This document shows, one piece after another, positions 39,523 to 49,075 of a stretch of DNA of 63,466 nt. Position numbers and translations under genes: made by a program. The notes under the pieces are model-generated. The model was not told the DNA's origin. It was given only the letters and a program-made list of their open reading frames with translations, and did not search any database. Position 1 is the stretch's first letter, and each line of letters begins with the position of its first letter. Source of the DNA: Candidatus Parcubacteria bacterium (GTDB taxonomy: Bacteria > Patescibacteriota > Minisyncoccia > Phycocordibacterales > PALSA-1337); NCBI GenBank assembly GCA_963766795.1, contig CAVYBN010000006.1:1-63466 (forward strand). The letters are read 5' to 3'.

Positions 39523-40312
39523 ATGAATCATTTAACAAAAATCAAGAAGCTAGAAGCCGGAAGTGAATCTGTCACCCCCGCGAAAGCGGTGGTCCAGAGT
39601 CAAACCTCTAGATCTGATTCAGATGGCAAAACACTGGATTCCCGCTTGCGCGGGAATGACACAGCCCTAAGCTCGATGTCTTCGCGTGGTTTTACCCTCG
39701 TCGAGATGATCGTCTCGCTGATGATATTCTCGATCGTGGCCGTGGTGGCTCTGGCCGCGCTGGTCAAGATCATCGACGCCAATAATAAGGCCCAGACCAT
39801 CCAAGCCGCCGTGACCAGCTTGTCATTCTCACTGGACTCCATGTCTCGCGAATTGCGCACGGGGTCGAACATCCATTGTATGTTTCATTCAGACGGAACG
39901 TTTGATTCGAGCAGATTTCTCCCGCAAATTCAAGCAATTGTCCGCTGGGTTCAAGTAGCGGACAGAATCTGATCTTCTTTCCAATCTGCGCGCGTCGAGC
40001 ACGGCGGCTTTCCGCATTGCCGGCTTTGGTACGCATATCTTTTCACTGGAACGAATCCAGTGCAACTCGAAAAAGCCGAACAGCCCTCAAATAGCGCTGA
40101 TTGCACCAGTGACTCATTCGGCCCGGCTTCATACACCTCCGTCGTGCCATCAGAATGTCACCCTGACCTCATACCAATTGGGAGTCAGCTATGATCAGAA
40201 CACACAACCGTATCCGTTGGTCTTCGTGGAGCTTTCGGGCACTGCCGGCAACAAAGAGCAGACCAAGACCTATTTCAGCGTCCAGACCGCCATGTCGCCG
40301 CGAACGCCATAG
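39523..40312 (+). CDS. Minor pilin (PilW-like) with a REP insertion in the leader; frameshifted
   Basis: RG|FTLVEMIVS, SMSRELRTG, C-terminal VQTAMSPR. Confidence 0.78.
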
Positions 40313-40321
40313 AATACCGCC

Positions 40322-40951
40322 ATGAATCATCAAACAGGGTACAGGGTACAGGGTACAGAAAAGAAGAAACATGTTTTTTTCCCTGCACCCTGCACCCTGC
40401 ACCCTGAACCCTTGCGTTCCCGCGGTTTTACCCTCGTCGAGACCCTAGTCGCCATCACCGTCCTCATGATCGCCATCGCCGGGCCGCTGGTCGTGGCCAG
40501 CAAAGGGCTATTCGGCGCTTTGGCTTCGAAAGACCAGATGATCGCCGCGTATCTGGCGCAGGAGAGCATGGAGACGATCAAGAACATCAGAGATAACGAC
40601 ATAGCTGCCAACGCGAGTTCCTGGGTGTTGGCCAATACTTCAGGCTCTCCGACGCATTTGACGGAATGCGGCAATATAGGAGGATTCTGTGACGCCAGCG
40701 CCGTGGACAGTCCGTCGTTTCAGGTCTGTCCATTTAACGGCGTCGCGCAACCCTGCCCGATATATCTGGTGAACGGATATTACAGTCACAACAGCGGCGG
40801 CACGCAGACTCTCTTCACGCGCTACTTCTACGTGTCGAATCTAAATGTCGACGGCAAAGAATTGCTAGTCACGGTGGTGGTCGATTGGCATGAAGGCACG
40901 ACGCCTTATGAGATATCGCTGTCGAGCGAGCTGACGGATTCGACGAGATAA
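40322..40951 (+). CDS. Minor pilin (PilV-like) with a heptamer element in the leader
   Basis: RG|FTLVETLVAI, YLAQESME; leader TGYRVQGTE...PCTLHPEP. Confidence 0.88.
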   Translation: MNHQTGYRVQGTEKKKHVFFPAPCTLHPEPLRSRGFTLVETLVAITVLMIAIAGPLVVASKGLFGALASKDQMIAAYLAQESMETIKNIRDNDIAANASSWVLANTSGSPTHLTECGNIGGFCDASAVDSPSFQVCPFNGVAQPCPIYLVNGYYSHNSGGTQTLFTRYFYVSNLNVDGKELLVTVVVDWHEGTTPYEISLSSELTDSTR

Positions 40952-40953
40952 AT

Positions 40954-41526
40954 ATGAACAATTTTCAATTTTCAATTTTCAATTTTCAATCCCGATCTCG
41001 CGGCTACACTCTGCTCTTCGCCGTGCTGGTGGCCGCTCTGGTCTTGGGCGTAGCAGTTTTCATTCTGGAGATCAGCACCAAGCAGTATGAGCTATCGGCC
41101 TCGGCCAGAGATTCCATGTATTCTTTCTACGCCGCCGATTCCGGCATAGAATGCGTGGCTCTGGATCAGCTGTACGCGACTTCCAGCTCGGCGATCAATT
41201 TCACTTGCGGCAATGACGCGGTGACTTGGACAGTTATCCCGATTTCCGATCCCAACGGTATTTATAAAGACGACGGCTATTACTATGAGCTGGATCTCAA
41301 TCTGCAGTTCTCCAGTCCGACTTGCGCGGTCATAGACATCGTGGCGTTCTATTCGCCGCAGCCTAACAGTTATGAGCATGATATTACGACATCCAGAGGA
41401 TACAACCACTGCGTGAATATCGGAACTTCAGGCGCGCCGAATTGGGTTCCCGACACCTCCAATCCCAATACCGTGGAGCGCGCCCTCCAGCTTTCTCATA
41501 CGACGGCGCCGCCCGGCAGCTATTGA
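40954..41526 (+). CDS. PilX-like minor pilin
   Basis: RG|YTLLFAVLV (no Glu5), AFYAADSGIEC-like motif; the leader is made of AATTTTC heptamers. Confidence 0.8.
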   Translation: MNNFQFSIFNFQSRSRGYTLLFAVLVAALVLGVAVFILEISTKQYELSASARDSMYSFYAADSGIECVALDQLYATSSSAINFTCGNDAVTWTVIPISDPNGIYKDDGYYYELDLNLQFSSPTCAVIDIVAFYSPQPNSYEHDITTSRGYNHCVNIGTSGAPNWVPDTSNPNTVERALQLSHTTAPPGSY

Positions 41527-41567
41527 CCAGAGCTTTTTCCGCGCGGCGATTGTGATATCCTTAACGC

Positions 41568-43835
41568 ATGAAAACCAGCGCGTCGCGGGAAACCATAGGC
41601 CGTTTGGACAAGCTCAAGGAAGCGATAGAGAAATATCGCTATGAATATCACGTGCTCGACAAGGCCAGTATCTCACCTGAAGCGCTGGATTCGTTGAAGC
41701 ACGAGCTCGTTGAGATCGAAGCGAAATATCCTGAATTGGTGACCCCGGATTCGCCGTCACAGCGCGTGGCGGGGAAGCCCTTGCCGGAATTCAAGAAGGT
41801 CCGCCACGAAGTACCGCAATGGTCGTTCAACGACGCTTTTTCGCCGGAGGAGATCCGTGAATTCGACGCGCGGGTGAAGCGGTTCCTCGTCCAAGCTGGC
41901 GTGAATGATCCGCCGACATATACTTGCGAGCATAAGATAGACGGATTGAAGATCGTGCTCTCCTATGAGAACGGCTTATTGAAACAAGCGGCCACGCGCG
42001 GCGATGGAACGATCGGCGAAGATGTCACGATGAATGTCCGGACGATCGAGTCGATACCATTAAAGCTCAAGGGGACAGGGTACAGGGGACAGGGTACAGG
42101 AAAGACTGCACCCTTCACCCTGAACCCTGTACCCTCTCTTTTGATCGTTGAAGGCGAAGTCTGGATGGCCAAGAGCACGCTGGCTATTTTGAATAAGGAA
42201 CAGGCCAAGAAGGGTCTGGAGCCCTTCGCAAATCCACGAAACCTAGCCGCTGGATCTATCCGTCAATTGGATCCGAAGATGACGGCGTCGCGGCATCTGG
42301 ATTCGTTCATCTATGATCTGGCGCAGATAATACAGGGTACAGGGTACAGGTTACAGGGTACAGAAAAGCACAAACACCCTGAACCCTGGACCCTGAACCC
42401 TGTACCCTTTCCTCCGACCCAGCATGAAGAGCTCGAATTCCTGCGGTCGCTTGGCTTCAAGGTAAACTCGCATTACCGGCATTGCCGTGATATCGAGGAA
42501 GTCATCGCTTACTGGAATGAGTGGCAGAAGAAGATGCCCCGCCAGGACTACTGGGCCGACGGGGTGGTCGTCAAAGTGGATTTGCGCAAGCACCAGGAAA
42601 AGCTCGGCTACACCGGCAAGGCGCCGCGCTGGGGCATCGCCTTCAAATTCCCGGGCCAGGAAGTCACGACCGTCCTTGAAGATATCACATTCCAGATCGG
42701 TCGCACCGGCGTGATAACGCCAGTAGCAAATCTAAAGCCGGTTTCAATAGGCGGTTCGACTGTTTCGCGTGCCACGCTCCACAACGAGGACGAGATCAAA
42801 CGCCTCGACTTGCGGCTCGGCGACACGGTCATCTTGAAGAAAGCCGGCGATGTCATTCCCGATATCATTTCAGTCGTCAAGGAATTGCGGCCGGACGACT
42901 CAAAGTCTTTCGTCTGGCCCTCGCATATCCCAGCCTGCGGCGGCGATAGCCGCATTGAAAGAGTCCCCGGCGAAGCGGCTTGGCGCTGCGTCTCCAAAGA
43001 TTCCTTCGCGCAGCTCAAACGACGCTTCTATTACTTCACTTCCAAGAAATGCTTTGACATAGACGGCCTTGGCCCAAAGATCATCGACCTCTTGTTTGAT
43101 CACCAATTGATCGCTTCATTCGACGATATCTTCACTCTAAAGAAAGGCGACCTTTCGAGCTTGCCGCGCTTCGGCGAGAAGTCGGTCGACAACTTATTGG
43201 CAGCGATCGAAAAGGCGCGCAATGTGACGCTTCCGCGATTCCTGGCGTCATTGTCGATCCCTCAAGTCGGCGAAGAGACGGCGTATGACGTGGCGAAACA
43301 CTTTCAACAGGGTACAGGGCACAGGGTACAGGGTACAGAGGGACTCAAAACACATAACTCAAAAGTCAAAACTGAATCACATTCTGTACCCTTCACCCTG
43401 AACCCTGTACCCTCTTCTGCCATTTCTGCAATCACAAAAGCTTCAAAAGATGAATTCGAATCTATCTACGGCGTCGGTCCTATTGTTGCGCAATCTTTGG
43501 CTGACTGGTTTGCTGATAAGGACAACCAAGCACTCGTTAAAAGGCTTTTGAAGCAGGTGACGATTGAAGCCGGCGATTCAGGAACGACTGGCGCGGCTGG
43601 CGGCAATCAAAAGCTTGCAGGGCAATCATTCGTCTTTACGGGAACATTGCCGACTCTCGAAAGGGAAGCCGCCCAACAAATGGTACGCGATCACGGCGGC
43701 GACGTTTCGGGTTCAGTTTCAAAAAAGACCTCATTCGTGGTGGCCGGCAGTGACGCCGGCTCGAAGCTCGATAAGGCGCGCAAACTCGGAGTCAAGATCG
43801 TCAATGAAGAGGAGTTTGTGAAGATTATCGGATAA
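41568..43835 (+). CDS. ligA: NAD-dependent DNA ligase with three in-frame repeat insertions
   Basis: EHKIDG (adenylated Lys), ATRGDG, ANPRN, DGVVVK, QIGRTG, C-terminal BRCT (FVFTG...GSKL.KA). Confidence 0.98.
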   Translation: MKTSASRETIGRLDKLKEAIEKYRYEYHVLDKASISPEALDSLKHELVEIEAKYPELVTPDSPSQRVAGKPLPEFKKVRHEVPQWSFNDAFSPEEIREFDARVKRFLVQAGVNDPPTYTCEHKIDGLKIVLSYENGLLKQAATRGDGTIGEDVTMNVRTIESIPLKLKGTGYRGQGTGKTAPFTLNPVPSLLIVEGEVWMAKSTLAILNKEQAKKGLEPFANPRNLAAGSIRQLDPKMTASRHLDSFIYDLAQIIQGTGYRLQGTEKHKHPEPWTLNPVPFPPTQHEELEFLRSLGFKVNSHYRHCRDIEEVIAYWNEWQKKMPRQDYWADGVVVKVDLRKHQEKLGYTGKAPRWGIAFKFPGQEVTTVLEDITFQIGRTGVITPVANLKPVSIGGSTVSRATLHNEDEIKRLDLRLGDTVILKKAGDVIPDIISVVKELRPDDSKSFVWPSHIPACGGDSRIERVPGEAAWRCVSKDSFAQLKRRFYYFTSKKCFDIDGLGPKIIDLLFDHQLIASFDDIFTLKKGDLSSLPRFGEKSVDNLLAAIEKARNVTLPRFLASLSIPQVGEETAYDVAKHFQQGTGHRVQGTEGLKTHNSKVKTESHSVPFTLNPVPSSAISAITKASKDEFESIYGVGPIVAQSLADWFADKDNQALVKRLLKQVTIEAGDSGTTGAAGGNQKLAGQSFVFTGTLPTLEREAAQQMVRDHGGDVSGSVSKKTSFVVAGSDAGSKLDKARKLGVKIVNEEEFVKIIG

Positions 43836-44061
43836 GTTACGGATAACGCAGCCGCCAGTTCGAGCGAATGGATATCCGGGTATGCCGGAAAATTCTAAGT
43901 CAAAACCGTAAAAGCATGGTGTAATAACGCTGATGGCATAAGGCTCGTTTGGAACTCAAAATATTGTACGACATAAAAAAGGCCCTTCAGTTTTTTCAAG
44001 GAAAGGAGGTACTGATATCCGCCGATTGAGACTTAGCGCCTTAACTGCTAGACTATTTCAC

Positions 44062-44355
44062 ATGATAACCGTCAAAGAACTCGAGCATTTGGCGGCCTTG
44101 TCGCGCATCAATCTCTCCGAGGCCGACAAAAGGTCGCTCATCAAGGAGTTCGATTCGATTTTAGGCTATGTGGATCAATTGAAGAAAGTCGACGTCCCGA
44201 TGGATGCCGAAGGACGCGTTGGGGCCGTTAAAAACGTCACAAGGCCGGATGTCGTCGAAAATACGTCCAAAGAAGACAGAGAACGATTATTGGCCGAAGC
44301 GCCCGATAGAGAAGGGGATTTTATAGCGGTGAAGAAGATCATCGCTCAAGATTAG
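44062..44355 (+). CDS. gatC: Asp-tRNA(Asn)/Glu-tRNA(Gln) amidotransferase subunit C
   Basis: HLAALSRI, ILGYVDQL, RPD, APD, position before gatA. Confidence 0.92.
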   Translation: MITVKELEHLAALSRINLSEADKRSLIKEFDSILGYVDQLKKVDVPMDAEGRVGAVKNVTRPDVVENTSKEDRERLLAEAPDREGDFIAVKKIIAQD

Positions 44356-44356
44356 A

Positions 44357-45923
44357 ATGAAAATCGATTTGAAGACACTAACGATCGTCAAAGCCCACGA
44401 GCACTTGAAGAAAGGCGATTTTACCGCGGTCGAGCTGACACAAGCTTATTTGGATGCGATCAAATCTAAGAATAAGGATATTCACGCTTATCTAGAGGTC
44501 TTTGATGATGCTCTTGACGCAGCCAGGAAAGCAGACAAAAAGATTCAAGATTCAATCCGCCATCCGCCAGCTGGCGGAGCGGACAAGAATGAAGAGTTTC
44601 CAATGCTTACAGGAATACCGATGGCGATCAAAGACAATATTTTGATCAAAGGCCATATCGCCAGCTCGGCTTCGAAGATCCTGGAAAATTACCGTGCGAC
44701 CTATTATGCGACCGCGGCCTTGAAGCTGGCCAAAGAAGGAGCAGTTTTTCTCGGCCGCACAAACATGGATGAGTTCGCCATGGGCGGCTCGACGGAGAAT
44801 TCGGCGTACGGGCCGACGCATAATCCGCATGACTTGAGCCGAGTTCCAGGCGGGACTTCCGGCGGCTCGGCGGCGGCTGTGGCAGCCGGCATGGCTCTGG
44901 CGGCACTAGGTTCCGACACGGGCGGCTCCATCCGCCAGCCAGCCGGCTTCTGCGGTGTGGTGGGCCTGAAGCCGACATACGGAGCAGTTTCGCGCTACGG
45001 CTTGATGGCGGCGGTCTCTTCATTTGATCAAATTGGCCCTATCGCTAAGACAGTCGGAGATGCGGAGATTGTTTTCAGTGTGATTAGAGGGAGAGATGCG
45101 AAAGATGGAACCACCATTCAAGATTCAAGATTCAAGATTCAGGATTCAAGATTCGGGGGCAGAGACAAAATCTGAAATCCGAAATCCAAGACTATCTTCA
45201 AAGAAGCCAGTGATCGGCATTCCAAGGTCGTTTCTTTCAATGGGCGGGATAGATCCGGCAGTCAAAGCGGCATTTGATGCTAGCGAGAAGAGATTCAAAT
45301 CTTTGGGGTACGAGATCAAGGACATCGATCTGCCGAATAATCAATACGCTCTGCCTGTCTATTACATATTGAACTTCGCGGAAGTCTCTTCCAATATGGC
45401 GCGCTATGACGGCATGCGCTACGGTCTGCATGTAGACGGAAAGGACGGCATCGAAGACTATTTCAAAACGCGCAGGGCTGGGCTTGGCAGGGAAGTCATT
45501 CGTCGCATCCTTCTTGGGACATACGTGCTTTCAGCCGGCTATTACGACGCATATTACAATCGTGCCAACGCCGTGCGCCGCATGATCACGGACGATTTCA
45601 ATAAAGCATTCGATCCGCTCCGCCAGTCGGCGGATGGCGGAGTCGATCTCATCGCGATGCCGACGACGCCGGGTCCGGCTTTCAAGATCGGCGAAAAAGC
45701 CAGCGACCCGATGGCCATGTACCTGGAGGACATATTCACTGTCACGGCTAATCTGACGGGATTGCCGGCGATCTCGATACCTTGCGGGGTGGTTGAACCG
45801 AGGTCGGACCTCGGAGCAACGGACAGAGGTCCGACCTCTTTGCCGATCGGTTTGCAATTGACGGCAAGACACGGCGATGAAGAGGCGCTATTCGAAGCAG
45901 GCAAAGAATTCCTCGGAGAATGA
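44357..45923 (+). CDS. gatA: Amidotransferase subunit A (frameshift in the heptamer tract near 45116-45160)
   Basis: AIKDNI, GRTNMDEFAMG, PGGTSGGSAAAV, GSDTGGSIRQPA, RRILLGTY, YLEDIFTV.ANL.GLPAIS. Confidence 0.96.
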
Positions 45924-45955
45924 TATAATGAACGGGTATCCTAACGGATGAACCC

Positions 45956-46633
45956 ATGGACGACGACAAGAAAAAGAAAAAAGAAGAGAATGTCTTCGAG
46001 GCGGTCGGAGGCTTGCTTGCGATAGGCTTCATCATCTTGGCTTGGCCTAACATCGTCGCGTATTTCAATGTGCTGATCTCGACCTATATTCCCGGAGCCA
46101 GCTCCGCCGGCGGCTATTGGGCCGCATTCCTGCATGGCGCAAAGGTTTTCACGGATTGGTTGGTGGTCATATCCATTCCAGTCTCGATATTCTTCATCTT
46201 CGGCATCATCTATTCCGTGGAACGTCTGAAAGTCCTGCGCGAGAAAGAGGCCGAGAAGCACGACCTCAAGGTCGAGCCGGCCTTCGAAGACGAGCCGGCC
46301 GGACAAGGCGACCATGACTTGTCCGTGCGCTGGAAGAAGGCTACTGACCTCCTGGCTTCGGAGAATCAGAACGACTGGAAGCAAGCCATCCTGGAAGCCG
46401 ATACCATGCTCGACGACATCCTGACCGGTCTCGGCTATCAAGGCGAATCGATCGGCGAGAAGCTCAAGCGCGTGGCGCCGGGCGATTTCAAGAGCCTTGA
46501 TGACGCTTGGGAAGCGCATAAGATCCGCAACCAGATCGCTCACGACGGCTCGGCTTTCCAATTGACCCATCACGAAGCCAATCAGACGATCGCGCGATAT
46601 CGCCGGGTCTTCGAGGAGTTCTACTACATATAA
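45956..46633 (+). CDS. Conserved hypothetical membrane protein
   Basis: Two TM helices, then WKQAILEAD.MLD, GE.LK, AWEAHKIRNQIAH. Confidence 0.8.
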   Translation: MDDDKKKKKEENVFEAVGGLLAIGFIILAWPNIVAYFNVLISTYIPGASSAGGYWAAFLHGAKVFTDWLVVISIPVSIFFIFGIIYSVERLKVLREKEAEKHDLKVEPAFEDEPAGQGDHDLSVRWKKATDLLASENQNDWKQAILEADTMLDDILTGLGYQGESIGEKLKRVAPGDFKSLDDAWEAHKIRNQIAHDGSAFQLTHHEANQTIARYRRVFEEFYYI

Positions 46634-46644
46634 TATTTTTCTTG

Positions 46645-46716
46645 TTGCGGGGGCCGGAATCGAACCAGCAATTTTCAGGTTATGAGCCTGACGGGTTACC
46701 GTTACCCTACCCCGCG
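46645..46716 (-). tRNA. Initiator tRNA-fMet(CAT)
   Basis: CGCGGGG...CCCCGCA-A with the C1:A72 mismatch; anticodon arm TCAGG-CT CAT AA-CCTGA. Confidence 0.92.
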
Positions 46717-46778
46717 GCGGAATTGCCATTATGCCATAATGTGGTATTGTTGTGCAAGCGTGACAGAAAATGTAAATA

Positions 46779-46866
46779 TTAAAAATCAAAGATTAAAATT
46801 ACAATGTAAAATGTTAAAAGCCCATGCGACGCACTTTTGACTTTTACCTTTTGATTTTTGATTTTT
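46779..46866. repeat. Heptamer-arm element (AAAAT/TTTTGA type) between divergent tRNAs
   Basis: taaaaatcaaagattaaaattacaatgtaaaatgttaaaag ... cttttgacttttaccttttgatttttgatttt. Confidence 0.7.
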
Positions 46867-46870
46867 CTTT

Positions 46871-46944
46871 GCCGGCGTAGCTCAGGTAGTTAGAGCGAGG
46901 GACTCATAAGCCCTAGGTCGCAGGTGCAAGTCCTGCCGCCGGCA
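46871..46944 (+). tRNA. tRNA with CAT anticodon (elongator Met or Ile2)
   Basis: GCCGGCG/CGCCGGC acceptor stem, CT CAT AA loop, T loop TGCAAGT. Confidence 0.9.
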
Positions 46945-46998
46945 CAGTCGGATTTAGAGGATTATCTTCACGTCCTTTTATGGTACGCCTTTTGAAAT

Positions 46999-47754
46999 AT
47001 GCCGATCCATAAGCAAATCAACAAAGAGTACTTCAAAGTTTGGACTCCGAACATGGCGTACATCCTCGGATTCTTTGCCGCAGACGGATACATGACTCTG
47101 AACAAAAGAGGCGCGCATTTTTGGAATATCGAGATTTCCGATAAGGAATTGCTCGAACAGATCAAGGGAACAATTGGTGCGAGACATAAGATTGGTGTAA
47201 GGAATAGAAATGGAAAGGATAAAACGATGTATCGCCTACAGGTTGGAAGCAAAGAGATGTTCAATGATTTATCGTCATTGGGATTCACCCAAGGTAAAAC
47301 TAAGAGTTTGGTAATTCCAGAAGTCCCAGCCGCCTATTTTAGAGATTTTGTCAGAGGATATTTTGATGGAGACGGACATGTCTGGACTGGGTATATACAT
47401 CTCAATCGTCCGAAAAAATACCTCTCCATTCAATCTGTGTTTACGTCATGTTCTGCGGGCTTTCTTTTGAAGCTCAAACGTCGTCTTAGGATCTTTGGAA
47501 TAAGAAAAGGATTCATTCTTAAAGGAAAAGGCAATTATTACAGACTGTGCTACAGCGTTCTCGATTCTTTGAAATTATACGATTTCATGTATAATCATCC
47601 TATTCTGGCTTCAGAGAGGGACTTGTTCTTGGTTAGAAAGAAAATCATCTTTGATCGGTATTTGACAATGCGGTCGTGGTGTAGCCTGGCAACACGTCTC
47701 CCTGTCACGGAGAAGATCGCGGGTTCAAATCCCGTCGACCGCGCAATAGATTGA
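46999..47754 (+). CDS. LAGLIDADG homing-endonuclease-like protein (reads through tRNA-Asp)
   Basis: AYILGFFAADGY and FVRGYFDGDG motifs. Confidence 0.88.
   Translation: MPIHKQINKEYFKVWTPNMAYILGFFAADGYMTLNKRGAHFWNIEISDKELLEQIKGTIGARHKIGVRNRNGKDKTMYRLQVGSKEMFNDLSSLGFTQGKTKSLVIPEVPAAYFRDFVRGYFDGDGHVWTGYIHLNRPKKYLSIQSVFTSCSAGFLLKLKRRLRIFGIRKGFILKGKGNYYRLCYSVLDSLKLYDFMYNHPILASERDLFLVRKKIIFDRYLTMRSWCSLATRLPVTEKIAGSNPVDRAID
47670..47743 (+). tRNA. tRNA-Asp(GTC)
   Basis: GCGGTCG/CGACCGC-G; TCTCC-CT GTC AC-GGAGA. Confidence 0.95.
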
Positions 47755-47806
47755 AAAGCTTCGGGTTTTCTAGTACCATGGCGCAATGGCGTCATTTTAG
47801 ATGTCC

Positions 47807-47879
47807 GCCGATGTAGCTCAGTTGGTAGAGCACGCCATTGGTAATGGCGAGGTCTCCGGTTCAATCCCGGACGTCGGCT
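47807..47879 (+). tRNA. tRNA-Thr(GGT)
   Basis: GCCGATG/CGTCGGC-T; CGCCA-TT GGT AA-TGGCG. Confidence 0.95.
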
Positions 47880-47913
47880 CACGAAGAGGGTTTTATCAGA
47901 TCCTGTTCGTTTT

Positions 47914-47989
47914 GCCACCTTAGCTCAGTTGGTAGAGCACAGCTTTCGTAAAGCTGGGGTCCTCGGTTCGATCCCGAGAGGTGGCTCCA
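47914..47989 (+). tRNA. tRNA-Thr(CGT), CCA encoded
   Basis: GCCACCT/AGGTGGC-T-CCA; CAGCT-TT CGT AA-AGCTG. Confidence 0.95.
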
Positions 47990-47990
47990 A

Positions 47991-48890
47991 ATGGACAAGG
48001 AAAAAATAAAGCAGAAGATCGCCGAGCTTGAAGCCGCCATGAGCGCGGCTGGTTTTTGGGCGGACAAGGGGAAGGCGCAGGCGGCCATCAGGGAATTGGG
48101 TGAATTGAAGTCGGAGCTCGAGGGCATCGGCAAATACGACAAGGGCGATGCCATCTTGAGCATTCTGTCAGGAGCCGGAGGCGATGATGCTGAAGACTTC
48201 TCGGCGATGCTCCTGAAGATGTACAGGAAATATTGCGACTCGAAAGGCTGGGGTTGGCAGGTCATTCACGAAAGCGGGAATGATCATGGAGGCTATAGGA
48301 ATATTACGATTGAGATAAGCGGGAAGTCCGGCGGCTCTTCATTGGGAGCCTATGGCACGCTGAAGAACGAGACAGGCGTGCATCGATTGGTCAGGATCTC
48401 GCCGTTCGATTCCAATAAGAAGCGCCACACCTCATTCTCGCTCGTCGAAGTCCTGCCGAAATTCGAAAAGACGAATTCCGCCGACCTAGTCATCCCCGAC
48501 AGCGACGTCGAAGTCTCGATCGCCAAATCCGGCGGACCCGGCGGCCAGAATGTGAATAAGCGCGAGACAGCCGTGCGCCTCCTCCACAAGCCGACCAACA
48601 TCTCGATACACGTGACCTCGGAGCGTTCGCAGGCCCAGAATCGCGAGAAGGCCATGGATATCCTGCGCGCCAAGCTCTGGAAACGCATGGAAGACGAGCG
48701 ACACGCCCGGGAGAAGGGGATGCAGGTCTCTTCTACTACTTCAATCGAGTGGGGCAATCAGATTCGCTCATACGTCTTGCATCCTTACAAAATGGTTAAG
48801 GATCACCGCACTGATCATGAGACTTCGCAGGTGGATAAGGTCTTGGAAGGGGAATTGGATGAGTTCATCGAGGCGGAGAAGTCCTTATAG
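47991..48890 (+). CDS. prfB: Peptide chain release factor 2, short form
   Basis: [23 protein letters not shown] (SPF), GGPGGQNVN (GGQ), [13 protein letters not shown]. Confidence 0.95.
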   Translation: MDKEKIKQKIAELEAAMSAAGFWADKGKAQAAIRELGELKSELEGIGKYDKGDAILSILSGAGGDDAEDFSAMLLKMYRKYCDSKGWGWQVIHESGNDHGGYRNITIEISGKSGGSSLGAYGTLKNETGVHRLVRISPFDSNKKRHTSFSLVEVLPKFEKTNSADLVIPDSDVEVSIAKSGGPGGQNVNKRETAVRLLHKPTNISIHVTSERSQAQNREKAMDILRAKLWKRMEDERHAREKGMQVSSTTSIEWGNQIRSYVLHPYKMVKDHRTDHETSQVDKVLEGELDEFIEAEKSL

Positions 48891-48891
48891 G

Positions 48892-49021
48892 AAAATTCCA
48901 AATTTCAAATCACAAATTCCAGAGAAATCTCAAAATTCAAATCTCAAATGGCACCGGCTCATGGTTTTGATCATTGGATTTTGGAGCTTTTCTGGAATTT
49001 GATTTTTGGGATTTGAGATTT
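48892..49021 (+). repeat. Heptamer-arm element family A, copy 4
   Basis: CAAATTCCAGAGAAATCTCAAAATTCAAATCTCAAA...TTTTGATCATTGGATTTTGGAGCTTTTCTGGAATTTG. Confidence 0.9.
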
Positions 49022-49075
49022 CTTTACTCCAATCAGGTTAATTAGGAATTAGGTCAATTATGCTATGATTATCTT

